A stretch of 64,000 bases of DNA from Nageia nagi (taxonomy: Eukaryota > Plantae > Pinophyta), in the NCBI GenBank assembly GCA_050084985.1, contig JBITNC010000002.1, forward strand, positions 21,824,001 to 21,888,000, written 5' to 3'. Below are positions 48,921-60,973 of this stretch, piece after piece (the stretch's first letter is position 1; each line of letters begins with the position of its first letter). Under the pieces are notes generated by a model. It was not told the DNA's origin, did not search any database, and saw nothing but the letters and a program-made list of their open reading frames with translations. Both the position numbers and the translations under genes were made by a program.

Positions 48921-51900
48921 AGTCAAGAACTTGGTTTTCATTCATACAAAGCTCTTTACAATATTATGGGCATAAATAACCACTATACATAATTGGAATG
49001 CTAAAGTTTAGGACTACAAATCTATCAGCTAGCAGAGCATATCTCTTATATAGGAAATATATATATTTACAATCAATCTATATACGGAAGTATACCAACT
49101 TGGAATTACTTCAACACTCCCCCTCAAGTTGGTGCGTAGATGTCGCTCATTCCCAATTTGTTAAGACCATAATGAAATGCTCGACTTGATACAGCCTTGG
49201 TGAGTAGGTCAGCAAGTTGTTCTTGAGATGAGACATGGGGTGTTTCAATGATATTTGCTTCTAGTTTCTCCTTGATGAAATGCCTATCAACTTCCACATG
49301 TTTGGTTCGATCATGTTGAATTGGGTTATGGGCAATATCATAAGCTGCCTTATTATCATAATATAGTTTCATTGGGCTGTTATGCTTAATATTTAGATCA
49401 TTTAATAAATTATGGATCCATAACAATTCACATATTACCTCAGTCATTCCTTTGAACTCAGATTCAGCACTAGATAGAGCAACTATAGCTTGCTTCTTGC
49501 TTCGCCAAGTGACCAAATTTCCTCCTACAAAAGTGAAATACCCTGCTGTAGATCACCTATCTTTTACCGATCCAACCCAATTTGCATTAGTGTATCCTTT
49601 GACATCTAGATTATTCCCCTTTTTAAACATAATCCCTTTCCCTGGAGATGACTTCAAGTAGCGCAAAATGCGGGTAACTACATTCATATGTTCTTCACTT
49701 GGAGAATGCATGAATTGGCTTATGAAACTTAGTTCATATGCCAAGTCAGGTCAAGTATGTGAAAGATACATTAGTTTCCCAACTAATCTTTGATACCTCT
49801 CCTTGTTTGTTGGAACTTGATCTGGATATATGCCTAGCTTCAAGTTTTCTTCCATAGGAGTGCTAACTGGACTACATGCCATCATACCAGTCTCACTTAG
49901 TAAATCTAAGGCATATTTTTGTTGAGATAGAAAGACACATTCCTTTGATCTTGACACTTCAATACCAAGGAAGTACTTCAATGGACCAAGGTCCTTCATC
50001 TCAAATTCTTGAGCTAGATGGTTCTGCAATGCTCTCCTTTCTTCTGAATCATTTCCAATTACTATCATATCATCAACATACATAATGAGATAAGTAATCA
50101 TTCCTTTATTATGCTTCACAAAAAGAGTATGATCTGAGTTACTCTGCTTATATCCAAAAACCTTCATTGACTTCGTAAACCTTCCAAACTATGCTCTCGA
50201 AGATTGCTTTAGACTGTATAGGGCCTTTTTTAATCTGTAGACATGTTTTCCACCTTCTGACTGCATATTACATCCAGGGGGCAACTCCATGTATACTTCC
50301 TCTTGAAGGTCTCCATGCAAGAAGGCATTCTTCACATCAAACTAGTGCAATGGCCAGTCAAGATTCATCACCAAGGATATAAGAATACGAATAGTATTGA
50401 TTTTTGCTACTAGTGCGAATGTCTCCATGTAGTCAATTCCATAAGTTTGAGTGTACCCCTTGGCAACTAGTCTAGCTTTGAATTGTTCAATGGTTCCATC
50501 TGCCTTTTATTTGATTGTGAAAACCCACCTACATCCAATAGGTTTCTTTCCTTCAGGTAGCTCAACAACATTCCAAGTTGAGTTCTTTTGAAGTGACTTC
50601 ATTTCTTCATTCATAGCTTCCTTCCACCTAGGATCTCCCAGAGCTTCCTGCATGTTAGTAGGAATAGATACAACAAATAATTGATTTGCAAATGACTCAC
50701 TTTCTTTTGATAGTCTATGGTAGGATACATAATTACTCATGGGATACTTAGGATTGGAACTAAGAACAAGTTCATAGTTAGCTCTAGGTATACCTCTAGT
50801 GGCTCGATTAGGTAGTAATTTTGGAAGGAATTGAGATTCAAAATTTATCTAGGGTTCAACAAAGGAATTATCTTCAGAAAATAATTGGTCAGATGGTACT
50901 TGAAGTGGAGTTGCTTCCATCTGATTCTGAACATTTTCCTCATTTAAACTAACATCTGGTTGGTCAAGAATAAGTTGCTCATGCTACCCAGTTGCCTCCT
51001 CTGGAAACTCACCACTTGTATCCAAAAATTCACCACTTGTATTTGATTGGTCAAAAGAAGGATTTAGATTTAGAGTCTGCAATTCATTTTGTCTCTCCCC
51101 CTGAATTGAGGACTCAAGAATAGCATAGTACATATCATTTTCATGAAAGACAACATCAAGGGTGACATACATTTTTCATGATGGGGGATGATAGTAGTGA
51201 TAGCCCTTCTGAAGTGGGGCATAGCCAACAAAGACACATCATAGTGCTTGTGGTTCCAGCTTATCACACAATGGCTTAAGAAGATGCACAAATGCCATGC
51301 ACCCAAAAATTCTAGGTGATAAACTTGGAGCAGTAGGAGCAGTTATAGTTGAATGAAGAACTTCAAAAGAAGTCTAAAAATTTAGCAAGCTGGAGGGTAC
51401 ATGGTTAATGAGGTAAGCTACAATATTGAGTGCTTCACCCCAGTAACTGGTGGGCATGTGAGTTCCAAAAAAAGAGGCTCGTACAACTTCAAGTAGGTGG
51501 TGATTCTTATGCTCTGCAACCCCATTTTGCTGAGGGGAATAAGGGTAAGTCATCTGGTGAGATATGCCATGTTCTTGCAAGTACTTCTTTAGGTCCTGAT
51601 TAACAAACTCTCCACCATTATCAGTACAAAGAACTTGTATGTGAGATTGGTATTGAGTGGCAATCATCTTATGAAATTTCTAAAACAAGGAGCTAACTTC
51701 ATTCTTTGATTTCATCAAGCAAACCCAAGTCATACAAGTGTGATCATCAATAAATGTGACAAACCAATGAGAACCATTCAAGGAAGGGTGTTTGGTTGCC
51801 CCCCATACATCAGAGTGAATCAACATAAAAGGTACTGAACTTTTATTCATGCTCAATGGGAATGATACACGGTGACTTTTTACAAGTTCACAAATACTAC

Positions 51901-53658
51901 ATTTGAAATCTGAAGTACTTAACTGAGAAAACAAATTTGGGAATAATTTTTTTAAATATCCAAAAGACACATGACCCAAGTGCTTATGCCACAACCAAAT
52001 TTTGGAGGATTTGTCAATCTAATATGCTAAAAGAGCTTGAGCTAGCTGATGTGAGCTGGTAGGCTTCAAATCTAAATAGTACAGCTTTCCCCTTCTGATA
52101 CCATAACCAATCATCTTCCAAGTTTGAATGTCCTTAAAAACACAATGGTCAAGCCAGAAAATCACAACATAATACAATGCATTAGTTAATTGAGAAATAG
52201 ATAATAAATTATGGCTAAGGGAAGGTACAACTAAAGTAGAATCAAGATTCAAATTATGTGATAGAGGAACTGAATATTATCTAATCATAGGTGAGGGATT
52301 GCCATTGGTAGTAGAGACTATATGTGTGGTGGATTGTTTCATAGATTGAACATGCTGATTGTCAAAGGTCATGTGATTCGTGGCATCAAAATCAATTATC
52401 CATGTACTACTACTACAATCTGATGTAGAAGTATGGAAATCCTTACCAATGTTACCTGAAGTAGCAATCAAAGAGGAAGCTTCTACACCATCATTAGAAG
52501 TTTTGGTCACAGTAATAGAAGCTTGGTGATTTGGCTTTGAATTGCACTTGCATGGTGCCTTTGCTGGATCCCAAAAATTTGGATAGCCAATTAAGTCATA
52601 ACATCATGCCTTTGTATGGCCTATCTCACCACAGTGAGTGCATAAACATTTAGGTTTGGTAGCACCTACTTCATAGCTGCCCTTCTGACATTGTGCTTGG
52701 TCAAAATTAGTTTTTTGAGCGAATTATCATGGTTGAGGCTTAGCACATCGAGCCATTAGAGCAAAAGACTCAAGATTATAAGGTTCAACATTTAAGGTGG
52801 CTTGACGTATAGCATCTCGATGGACATAGGCATAGGTGTCGTCAAGGTCCATTGTGGGGTCCTTCCGAAGAACCTCACCTCTAATTTGTTCAAATTCTAC
52901 ATCTAGGCCACTAAAAAAGATGTGCACTCTCAACCATGTAATGATCTTCTTATAGGTGATAATATCATCAAGATCCTTCATGAAAACTTTATCACGATAA
53001 TCTAATTCTTGGAAAATTTCAACAAGCTCATCGTAATAAGTTGATAAAGGTCGACCAGCTTGTTTGGTGGTGAAGGCACGCTGATTCAGTGCAAAGAGTT
53101 ATGTCTCATTTGATCCATCATAAAATGCTTTGGCAAGAGCACTCCAGATTTCCCTTACAGTATGCAGTTGGATATAACACTTCATTATCTCTAGCTACAT
53201 GGAGGTCAGCAACCAACCCTTGACCTTTTGATTCTCTACATAACACTTTGCATAGGTAGCATCAGCTTCCTTCGATGGATTAGTTTTACCAATAATATAT
53301 TCGAGCTTCTCACATCCTACAATTTGCATCTCTAATATTTGGTACCATACATCATAGTTACTTTCAGTGAGGACAACTCCGGCCTGGAAGCCAAAATTTT
53401 CAGATTGGATATGGATTACTGGAGTTGATGATTCAGAAGCCATATGGTGTTTTTCATAACATGGCTTTGATACCAAGTCAAGAACTTGGTTTTCATTCAT
53501 ACAAAGCTCTTTACAATATTATGGGCATAAATAGCCACTATACATAATTAGAATGCTAAAGTTTAGAACTACAAATCTGTTAGCCAGCAGAGCATATCTC
53601 TAATCTAGGAAATATATATATTTACAATTAAGTATACCAACTTGGAATTACTTCAACA
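48921..53658 (-). mobile_element. Ale-like Ty1/Copia element, 4.7 kb, short LTRs
   Basis: LTRs 48921-49116 and 53476-53658; TSD CCTAT/CCTAC; PBS gctttgatacca 53464-53475; PPT ctccccctca 49117-49126; gag ATG about 20 nt from the PBS. Confidence 0.93.
49124..53443 (-). pseudogene. Copia gag-pol pseudogene
   Basis: WIIDFDATNHMT (PR), LIHSDVWG..FIDD and SPQQNGVAE (INT), LIMYVDDMIV (RT), WRSKKQ..HDRTKHVEVDRHFIKEK..QLADLLTK..LGMSDIYAPT (RH). Confidence 0.95.
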
Positions 53659-53663
53659 CCTAC

Positions 53664-54130
53664 CTTTCTACACCTTCCTACAATGAATCACACAATGGCA
53701 TATGGATGGGCCATTTTTTCAAACAATTATCATGCCTTCTTTATCTCCCACTGGCATTCTGCTACTTTTGATGTGGCATTTGTTGGTATGATCTATCTGT
53801 TACTAACAGAAACCTATAGTTTGCTACACATTTTCAATTCTGTAAAACTACATTACCAACAATGATCTTATTGAGACTATAATTGATGAGGCATTTTGAT
53901 AAACTATTCATGTTCCTTCCCTTCGCTCATTTAGGGCATCGACTACCATAACATTCATCGCAAAATGAACTTCAACTCCTCTTTGGTGTATGTTAACATG
54001 TTCTTCTAGAGTTTCCAGGAAGAAAGCTAGTTTAACCTTGATGTGCCTCCAATTCATTGCCTTCAAACAAATCAATGGGTTTTGATGCATTTTGTCAAAT
54101 AATACAGGCGACGTTATGCTTCAACATCAA
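53664..54130 (-). pseudogene. Further PPR-like fragments in the same leader
   Basis: VLFDKMHQ, LEEHVNIHQRGVEVHFAMNVMVVDAL, EIKKA**LFEKM. Confidence 0.55.
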
Positions 54131-55689
54131 TGCATATATGTCTTTCCAGAAATTGATCACTACAAGATTTGATCAATTTCAAATTACCAACAATATGGCT
54201 TTCATTGGTAGGTGTTGACATGGTCTCACCAAATTCCAAATAAATAGTGGTAGTCTTCCAACCAGATCAAATGACCTTTCCATGCACTCCTCTTTCAACT
54301 ACACCTTCACAATGCACCACATCATCAGCCTCTACTACAGCCACAATGGGGTATTCACAAGGCAAGCTTCTCAAGTCTCCAAAACATCCATTTTCATAGC
54401 AAACATCCTTTTATCAATCACCATCAATCATTCATGGTGGCTCTTCACAAAAGGCATGGGCATTTTAAACCCATATACAAGCCTTTTGTAATCTCTGTCT
54501 CTTACAAAGTTTCCACTTACAAATTAGACTCAAAATCCAAGATTTTCAAACCCAAAAAATAATTAGCTCTCTCTAGCTTGATCTCACCTACTCTGATTTA
54601 CTTGGCTATGATACCAAAATGAAGTTTTATGATCAAGTATAAAATAAGAACAATCTCACATATTGTTATACAATCACAATACAATCAAATGCATTCACCA
54701 TAAACATGTTCAAACATTCATAAATATGCAACAATAATATCAGAATGGATTCAAACAAGAATGTTTTATTCATATTCAAATGGAGAGATAACATTACAAC
54801 ATAATTGTAGAACTTGTCTTCTACTGCAATAGGTATAGATCTTCATGGACTCCAAACCCTCATACAAATAATGCTCCATTCTCCATTGGACTCCATTATA
54901 TCTCACACTACATCAACATCTCTTATTTAAACTAGTATTACAAAACTAAATAGAAACCTTCCAAATGAAACTTTTAGAAACTACTAAAACTACTCACATT
55001 TGAGACATGTGGAATTTATTCAATTACAAAATATGAAATATTAAAATATTTCCAAAAACCTAAACACCTAAAGTCTTATTTCCTACAAATAACAAGTTAT
55101 GGGGTCATAACATTACCATCCTCTTAAGCAATCTTTATCCTCAAAGCTTATACACACCATACATCAAAACATAATAGCCTACACACATTAACATAATGCC
55201 ACCACACATCACCACAAAATAGCCTAGTAATCTAGTAAGGAGGGTCATTACAAATCAGTGTTTTGTCACAAATATAATGATGCTAGCAACACTTATGTTG
55301 CACTTCAACAAGCCCTTTAACCAACATTGCACCATGAAGATGATGATATCATCAATAATTATGCTGCACTCTGACAAGCCTTAACTATTCAATATTGCAC
55401 CATAAAGATGATGATATTAATGGAAAAACTCTCAAATAATGATAATGCATTTCCCAAATTGCAACAACCCATGACTCAATGATGGAGTTCCAGATCATGA
55501 TAAACAACATAAAACACCTTGAAACATGTGATAACTCACGAAAATGCTCAAAATGCATATGATAATTCATGACAAGGATGGAAAATAGAAAATAACATTA
55601 GATAAACATCAAATAATATCAAATTCCATCATGAAGACCTTAGGTAATATCCACACTCACAATCTAATCTCTAGATCATACCTCCCCAA

Positions 55690-58600
55690 TAGGTAGGCGT
55701 TTGGTCATACAAATGTTTAATTACTAATCAAATGAGGAAATAATTCCCCATCTTGTCTTTATCCTACCATTTGGCCTTTACAATCATTTATCTCTTCAAC
55801 CTAACCAGCTAGATTTCTTATTGTCCCCTTCATGTGGTTTGAATCTTATTTTACAAAATAGAATCTTCCTTCAACACATCCATTATGCTTGGAACTAAGT
55901 CCTCAATGGATGGTAATACTTGACCTTCCTCTATTTCCAATTTATTCATCATAGAGGGATCAAATAACTTTAAGTTCTCTTCATTAACAACTGAATAAAC
56001 ATTCATATAGGTAGGAAAATTTAGCTTGAAGGTATTCTTGCTAACTTGCTCCAGAATCTTAAATGGTCCATATATAATTGGTTTCAAACTTTAACTCGAT
56101 CCTTCTAGCCTCTCTTTATTGAGATGAAGCTAAACTTGACCACCAACTTGAAACTTGTGATCAACACAATGCTTATTATGTCTCAACTTATACTTTATTT
56201 GGCTAGTCTTAATTTATTCTTGAACCTTGAGGTGAATGTGTTGGATCTTCTCAATGAACCCTTCAACATGTTCCTCTTCCTTCATAATCAACTCATCTAG
56301 ATCTTTTAGCTACCCAAAAATACAATCAAATGATGATGGTGGAAGATACCCAAAACATGCTTCAAATGAATATTTAGTAGTGGAAGTATGTATATCTTTA
56401 TTATAATAATGTTGGATATACATAAGATGCTCATCCCAAGTCTTAGGATGTTTGATACAATATAACATGCACAATAGTTTCACTCCTATCCTATTCACTA
56501 TCTCAGTTTGTCTATTAGAAAGAGGATGAAAGGCAATACTCCTCTTCAACTTAGTATCCATATTCTACCACAAGTTGGTCCACATTACAATTTAGGAAGT
56601 CAAAGGTGCATCTACTTAGCAGTGATAGTCAATTCTACTTAGCAATTTAGGTAAATTACATAGCTTTGAAAGACCTACATACTCATTTTTATAACAGTTC
56701 TACTTAGCAGTGTGAAGCGCAAAACATGCATTACTATTCAGGTACATCTACTTAACCATTACAAATGATCTACAACATAGTGCAGATAGAGCTATAACTT
56801 GCCCAAAATTCTACTATGCATATTTTAAACCATAGAAGTAGGAAAACCAAAATATACCCAAACATGAGAAAAGAAGAGGCTTTCTACATCTTGTCTAGTA
56901 AGTGTCCTCTTGCATGGAATTAATACATACATCTTACTAAACCTATCCACCATAACAAATAGGTAATCATGGCCCTTCTTAGATAAAAGTAATACTCCCA
57001 CAAAGTCCATATAGCTGCTCTCCCAAGGTTTGTTTGTAACAAGAAGTGGTTGATACAAACCCAATTTATGATTACTAGGCTTGCTAGTAAGATACAAAAC
57101 ACAATCATGAATATAATTTGCAACTTATTCTTACATATTAGGCTAATACACATACATATGAATATTTTCTAAGGTCTTTCCAACCCCAAAGGACCAACAA
57201 TATGAGATGAATGAGCTTTATGAATTAAATGAACTCTCTCTCCTTTTAGAACACAAAGAAAATTAAGTTTATACAAAAGTACATCCTTTATATGAAAATC
57301 AATCTCCTCCTCACTAGTTGGAGACTATTTAAGTTTTATATAAAACTCCTTAAAGTGTGCATCCTATAGATAGGATTCTAGATATGCTTCATAAATAAAA
57401 AGGACTAAAATTTATAACAATGCCCAAACTTGAAACATAGTGATTAACATTGTGTTTGTTTGGATAACATATCTACAATTTTGTTTATGTTTCCCTTCTT
57501 GTATTTAATTATAAGATGAAATTATTGCAAAAATTCCATCCACCAAAAATATTAAGCTTGTTGCAATTTAGATTGAGTTTATAAATATTACAATGATCGA
57601 TGATCAATATAAATAATAGTTTCTTTTCCCATTAGGTAATGTTTCCACTTCTTTACAACTTGAACTAGAGAAAATAATTATTTATCATAGGTAGGATAAT
57701 TCATCACAGCTCCACTAAGTTTATTCAAATGATAACATACAAGTTTTTTTCCTTGCATTAAAACTAGCCCCATGGAATACTCACTTACATAAGTCTTGAT
57801 TTCAAATGGCCACTTTAAATTAGGAAGTGCCAATATAGTTGTATTTATGATCTTTTGCTTCAAAGAGTCAAAAGATACTTGTTTCTTCTCTCCCCACTAA
57901 AAAATTGACCTCTTTGCAGTAACATCACGCAATGGAGAAGAAATGCTAGAAAAATCATAAATGAATTTTCTAAGTTATTAAATAGCCCTTAAGAAACTTT
58001 GAGTCTCAATCACATTACTAGGCCTAGGCCACTCAACAATGACCCTAACCTTCTTAGGATCTATCTTAAGTTGTTCTTCACCAACAACGTGTCCTAGATA
58101 GACCAAAGACTATTTTCCAAACTCACACTTGCAATTTCAACAACATTTTTCTTATTTTAGAGTCTAGAACACTTGTCTAAGATGTTTAAATTATTCATCC
58201 TAGGAATAACTAAAAATAAGAATATCATCCAAATATACAATAACAAAAGAATCAATATATGGTCTGATAACTTCATTCATTACCCATATAAAAATAGTCA
58301 ATGCATTGCAAAGATCAAAAGGTAACACAAGCCACTCAAATAAACCCTATTTGATCTTAAAAGTGGTCTTCTAGATGTCCTCTTCTTTTATTCTAACTTG
58401 ATGGTATCTACTCTTGAGATCCATTTTTGGAAAAATAAACTTCCCCCTACAACTGATCCATAAGATCATCAATACGAGGTAATGGATATTTTTTCTTAAC
58501 TATAATCTTGTTTGATGCTTGATAATCAATACACATCCTCTAGGATCCATCCTTTAGAATTAACACCATAAATGATCCATATGAGGACATATTAAGTTTG

Positions 58601-60395
58601 ATTACCCCTTGGTCCAAAAAGTACCAAATCTTCTTAATCTTCTCACACTCCATAATGGATTACTAATACAACTTAATGTTCAAAAGTGGAAACTCAGGAA
58701 ATAACTGAATCTCATGTTTAATTTTCTACTTAGGTGGTAAACCTTTTAGTTCAGAGAAAAGCTCTTGAATCTTCTACAAATGGTTGTACACTTGTGTATG
58801 TTGTGGGCTAAGCTTTGATGCACTTGGTAAGGTAGATGTTCTCATATAGTTAATCTTTATTATTGAATAACATAATCTCCATTAATTATTCTAATGATTG
58901 CAAAAATAAACCTCTTACTAGCATTGTAACTAACTTCATTTTCTTTTGGATTTTATGAACATTAACACTATAGGATTTTCCTTCCTTACTTAACCTATAC
59001 TAATTCAATCTTCTATAATATATGGCATTTTTATCCCAAATATAAGGATTCCCAAATACCATGCTACAAATGTCAAGAGGCACTACATTAACAACTACCC
59101 CATCAATGATGTTTTTATTTATTACAAAGGTCAACTTACATCATTTGGTGACCTACAAGTTCACATATTTGTGCACTAATCCTGATGGATATGGATAAGG
59201 ATGGTTATAATTCTTCAATCCCAACTTGTTCACCAAGTCTTCTACAATGAGGTTTACTTGTGAGACCAAACCAAATATTGAGTCAATTTGGGTCTTCTAG
59301 GTTTAATTTTGAGATGGAAAAGTTGCATTTTCTTCTCCTCTTCATATTCTTCCTTATTACTAAACTTAGGCTCCTTGTAAACCTTTTGAACTGCTACTAC
59401 ACAAATGATATCTTCATCTATCTAAGAATTATCATCTACACTTTCACTCTTAGTGACTATAACACTCTTCTTCTCAAATATTTTCTATCTTTGTGGGTTC
59501 TTTTCATGATGAAACTTAAACACTTATATTTAGTATTCCCATCCCTATCGCAATGTGAACAATGCTTATTTCTTTCCTATTTCTTGGTAGTGTTAATATT
59601 CTTTCTCTTTTGTGATTTTGATTTTTCCTTTTCTTTCCTTTATTAGATCCACCTTTATTCTATTGATTTTGGTTGGAGTGCTCACCTATCTTCTTATTTC
59701 ATTTATCTTCCTTTATCAGGTCTAGATCTTTTGGATTAAACAACATAATGGCTCATCTCAAATGATTGTGAATTTCTCTAACATATTTCATCACAATATG
59801 TGGATCCTTCAAAGAGATACCTAATAAGGTAGCCCAAACTTTGTGGTGTGGTCTTGGATTGATTTTCCTTTTCCCTAGCATAAGTATTATCATTTAAAGA
59901 GTTTCTTATTGTGATGTACCAATGGATAGAATTGATTCCTAAGTATTTTCATGAATTCATCCCATGAAGAGATAGGTGGTTGATTTTGATGCCTTAGGGA
60001 TTCAACATGGATTTCCCACCAAATTAAGCAATGATCCCCCACTTTTAGTTTGCAAAAAGAAGTCTTATGAACATTTTCAACAACATTATGAATTTGAAAA
60101 TATAACTCTAATTGTTTCAACTAGTTGTTAAGCTTCTCAACATCAACTTCACCTCCAAACGTAGGAATGTCCATCTTGGATTCTACTTTGAAAAGAACCA
60201 TTGAAGAGGGTAGGTTTGAACTCTCAGGATTCTTTTCCTCATTATTATTATGTTATTTTGGTTATTCATTTCTAAACTATTTACTCCTCGCCATCAACTC
60301 TATGAGGTAATTTAGATTATTCCCCATTTCCAAGAATCTTCTCTCAAAGTTTGATTCTAACATATATATAGCTCTACCAATTGTTGATTTTCATA
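55690..60395 (-). pseudogene. CRM-like gag-pol pseudogene
   Basis: KQLELYF..LIWWE (gag), FVIVYLDDILIF (RT), LALPNLKWPFEI..NYPTYDK (RH), GLYQPL..PWES..DFV, VDRFSKM and FHPLSNRQTEIVNR (INT), YGPFKIL. Confidence 0.88.
56583..56820. other. ~240-bp foreign insert in the integrase
   Basis: Interrupts FGFPTSMV..WTNLW; contains 4 copies of ctactta(g/a)c. Confidence 0.6.
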
Positions 60396-60482
60396 TTTAA
60401 TGGAAGTAAAGTAAGATTATAATATCTTCTACCATGCATCCATAATCTCTAGGAAACTCAAACTCAGCTCTCTGATACTACG

Positions 60483-60973
60483 TGATCTATAATCACTAGA
60501 TGTTGATAACATACATGGATCCTCAAATACAAATTCTTTACCTAATGTACTATTTATGATTGCTACATTCAAAATTATGCATGCAATATCATAAAATATA
60601 AAAAATAATAATTTGCAATAAAATGAAAACACAAACATAAATTCAACACAAAGATTTATACTAGTTACTTCTAATGTGGAGGTAGTCCAATCTGGCCATC
60701 TTCTTATCAATTATTTATCAAGGGAATATTACATTAACTAGAAAGAAAGAGTAGAACAATATCCTCAACATTTCCTATCAATCATGTACATTATTGCAAA
60801 CACAACAACAAGTAAAGAAAATATACTTCCTTCTTAGGTACCAACAACACCCAAAATCCATCCATCCCCCACAATAGAGCTCTCTAGAAGTTAAATAACT
60901 AAAATAGATGACCCTATGGATACCTCTTAGTCATTTCAACTTACTCCTCAGACTTTGCCACTCCTTAAACCTC
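60483..60973 (-). repeat. CRM-like 5' LTR, truncated
   Basis: Aligns with 29044-29148 + 29617-29990; adjacent to the PBS remnant. Confidence 0.75.

Larger units (their letters stand above)
33507..55087 (-). mobile_element. Non-autonomous Copia-derived LTR element
   Basis: LTRs 33507-33979 and 54620-55087; TSD AATAG/AATAA; PBS gctatgatacca 54605-54616; PPT ttcttcctctt 33980-33990. Only a gag N-terminus and an RH-tail-like remnant are recognisable. Confidence 0.85.
30469..55252 (-). mobile_element. Non-coding (LARD-like) LTR element with compound LTRs
   Basis: LTRs 30469-30926 and 33208-33506 + 55088-55252 (tgttaagaacc...tcattaca); TSD AATCT/AATCA; degenerate PBS gctctaagatca 33194-33205; 2.3-kb interior with no recognisable domain. 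Confidence 0.8.
29044..60973 (-). mobile_element. Old CRM-like Ty3/Gypsy element hosting the nested stack inside its 3' LTR
   Basis: 3' LTR runs from 29044 (taatctgtaatcac) to 55678 (agatca) with insertions; PPT cctcccc 55681-55687; PBS remnant ctctgatacta ending 60480; 5' LTR from 60483, homology lost at ~60973. Gag KQLELYF..LIWWE is CRM-like. Confidence 0.75.

Noticed and set aside
59260-59646. 128-aa hydrophobic ORF
   Set aside because: Antisense to the Lys/Glu-rich CRM gag zinc-knuckle region.
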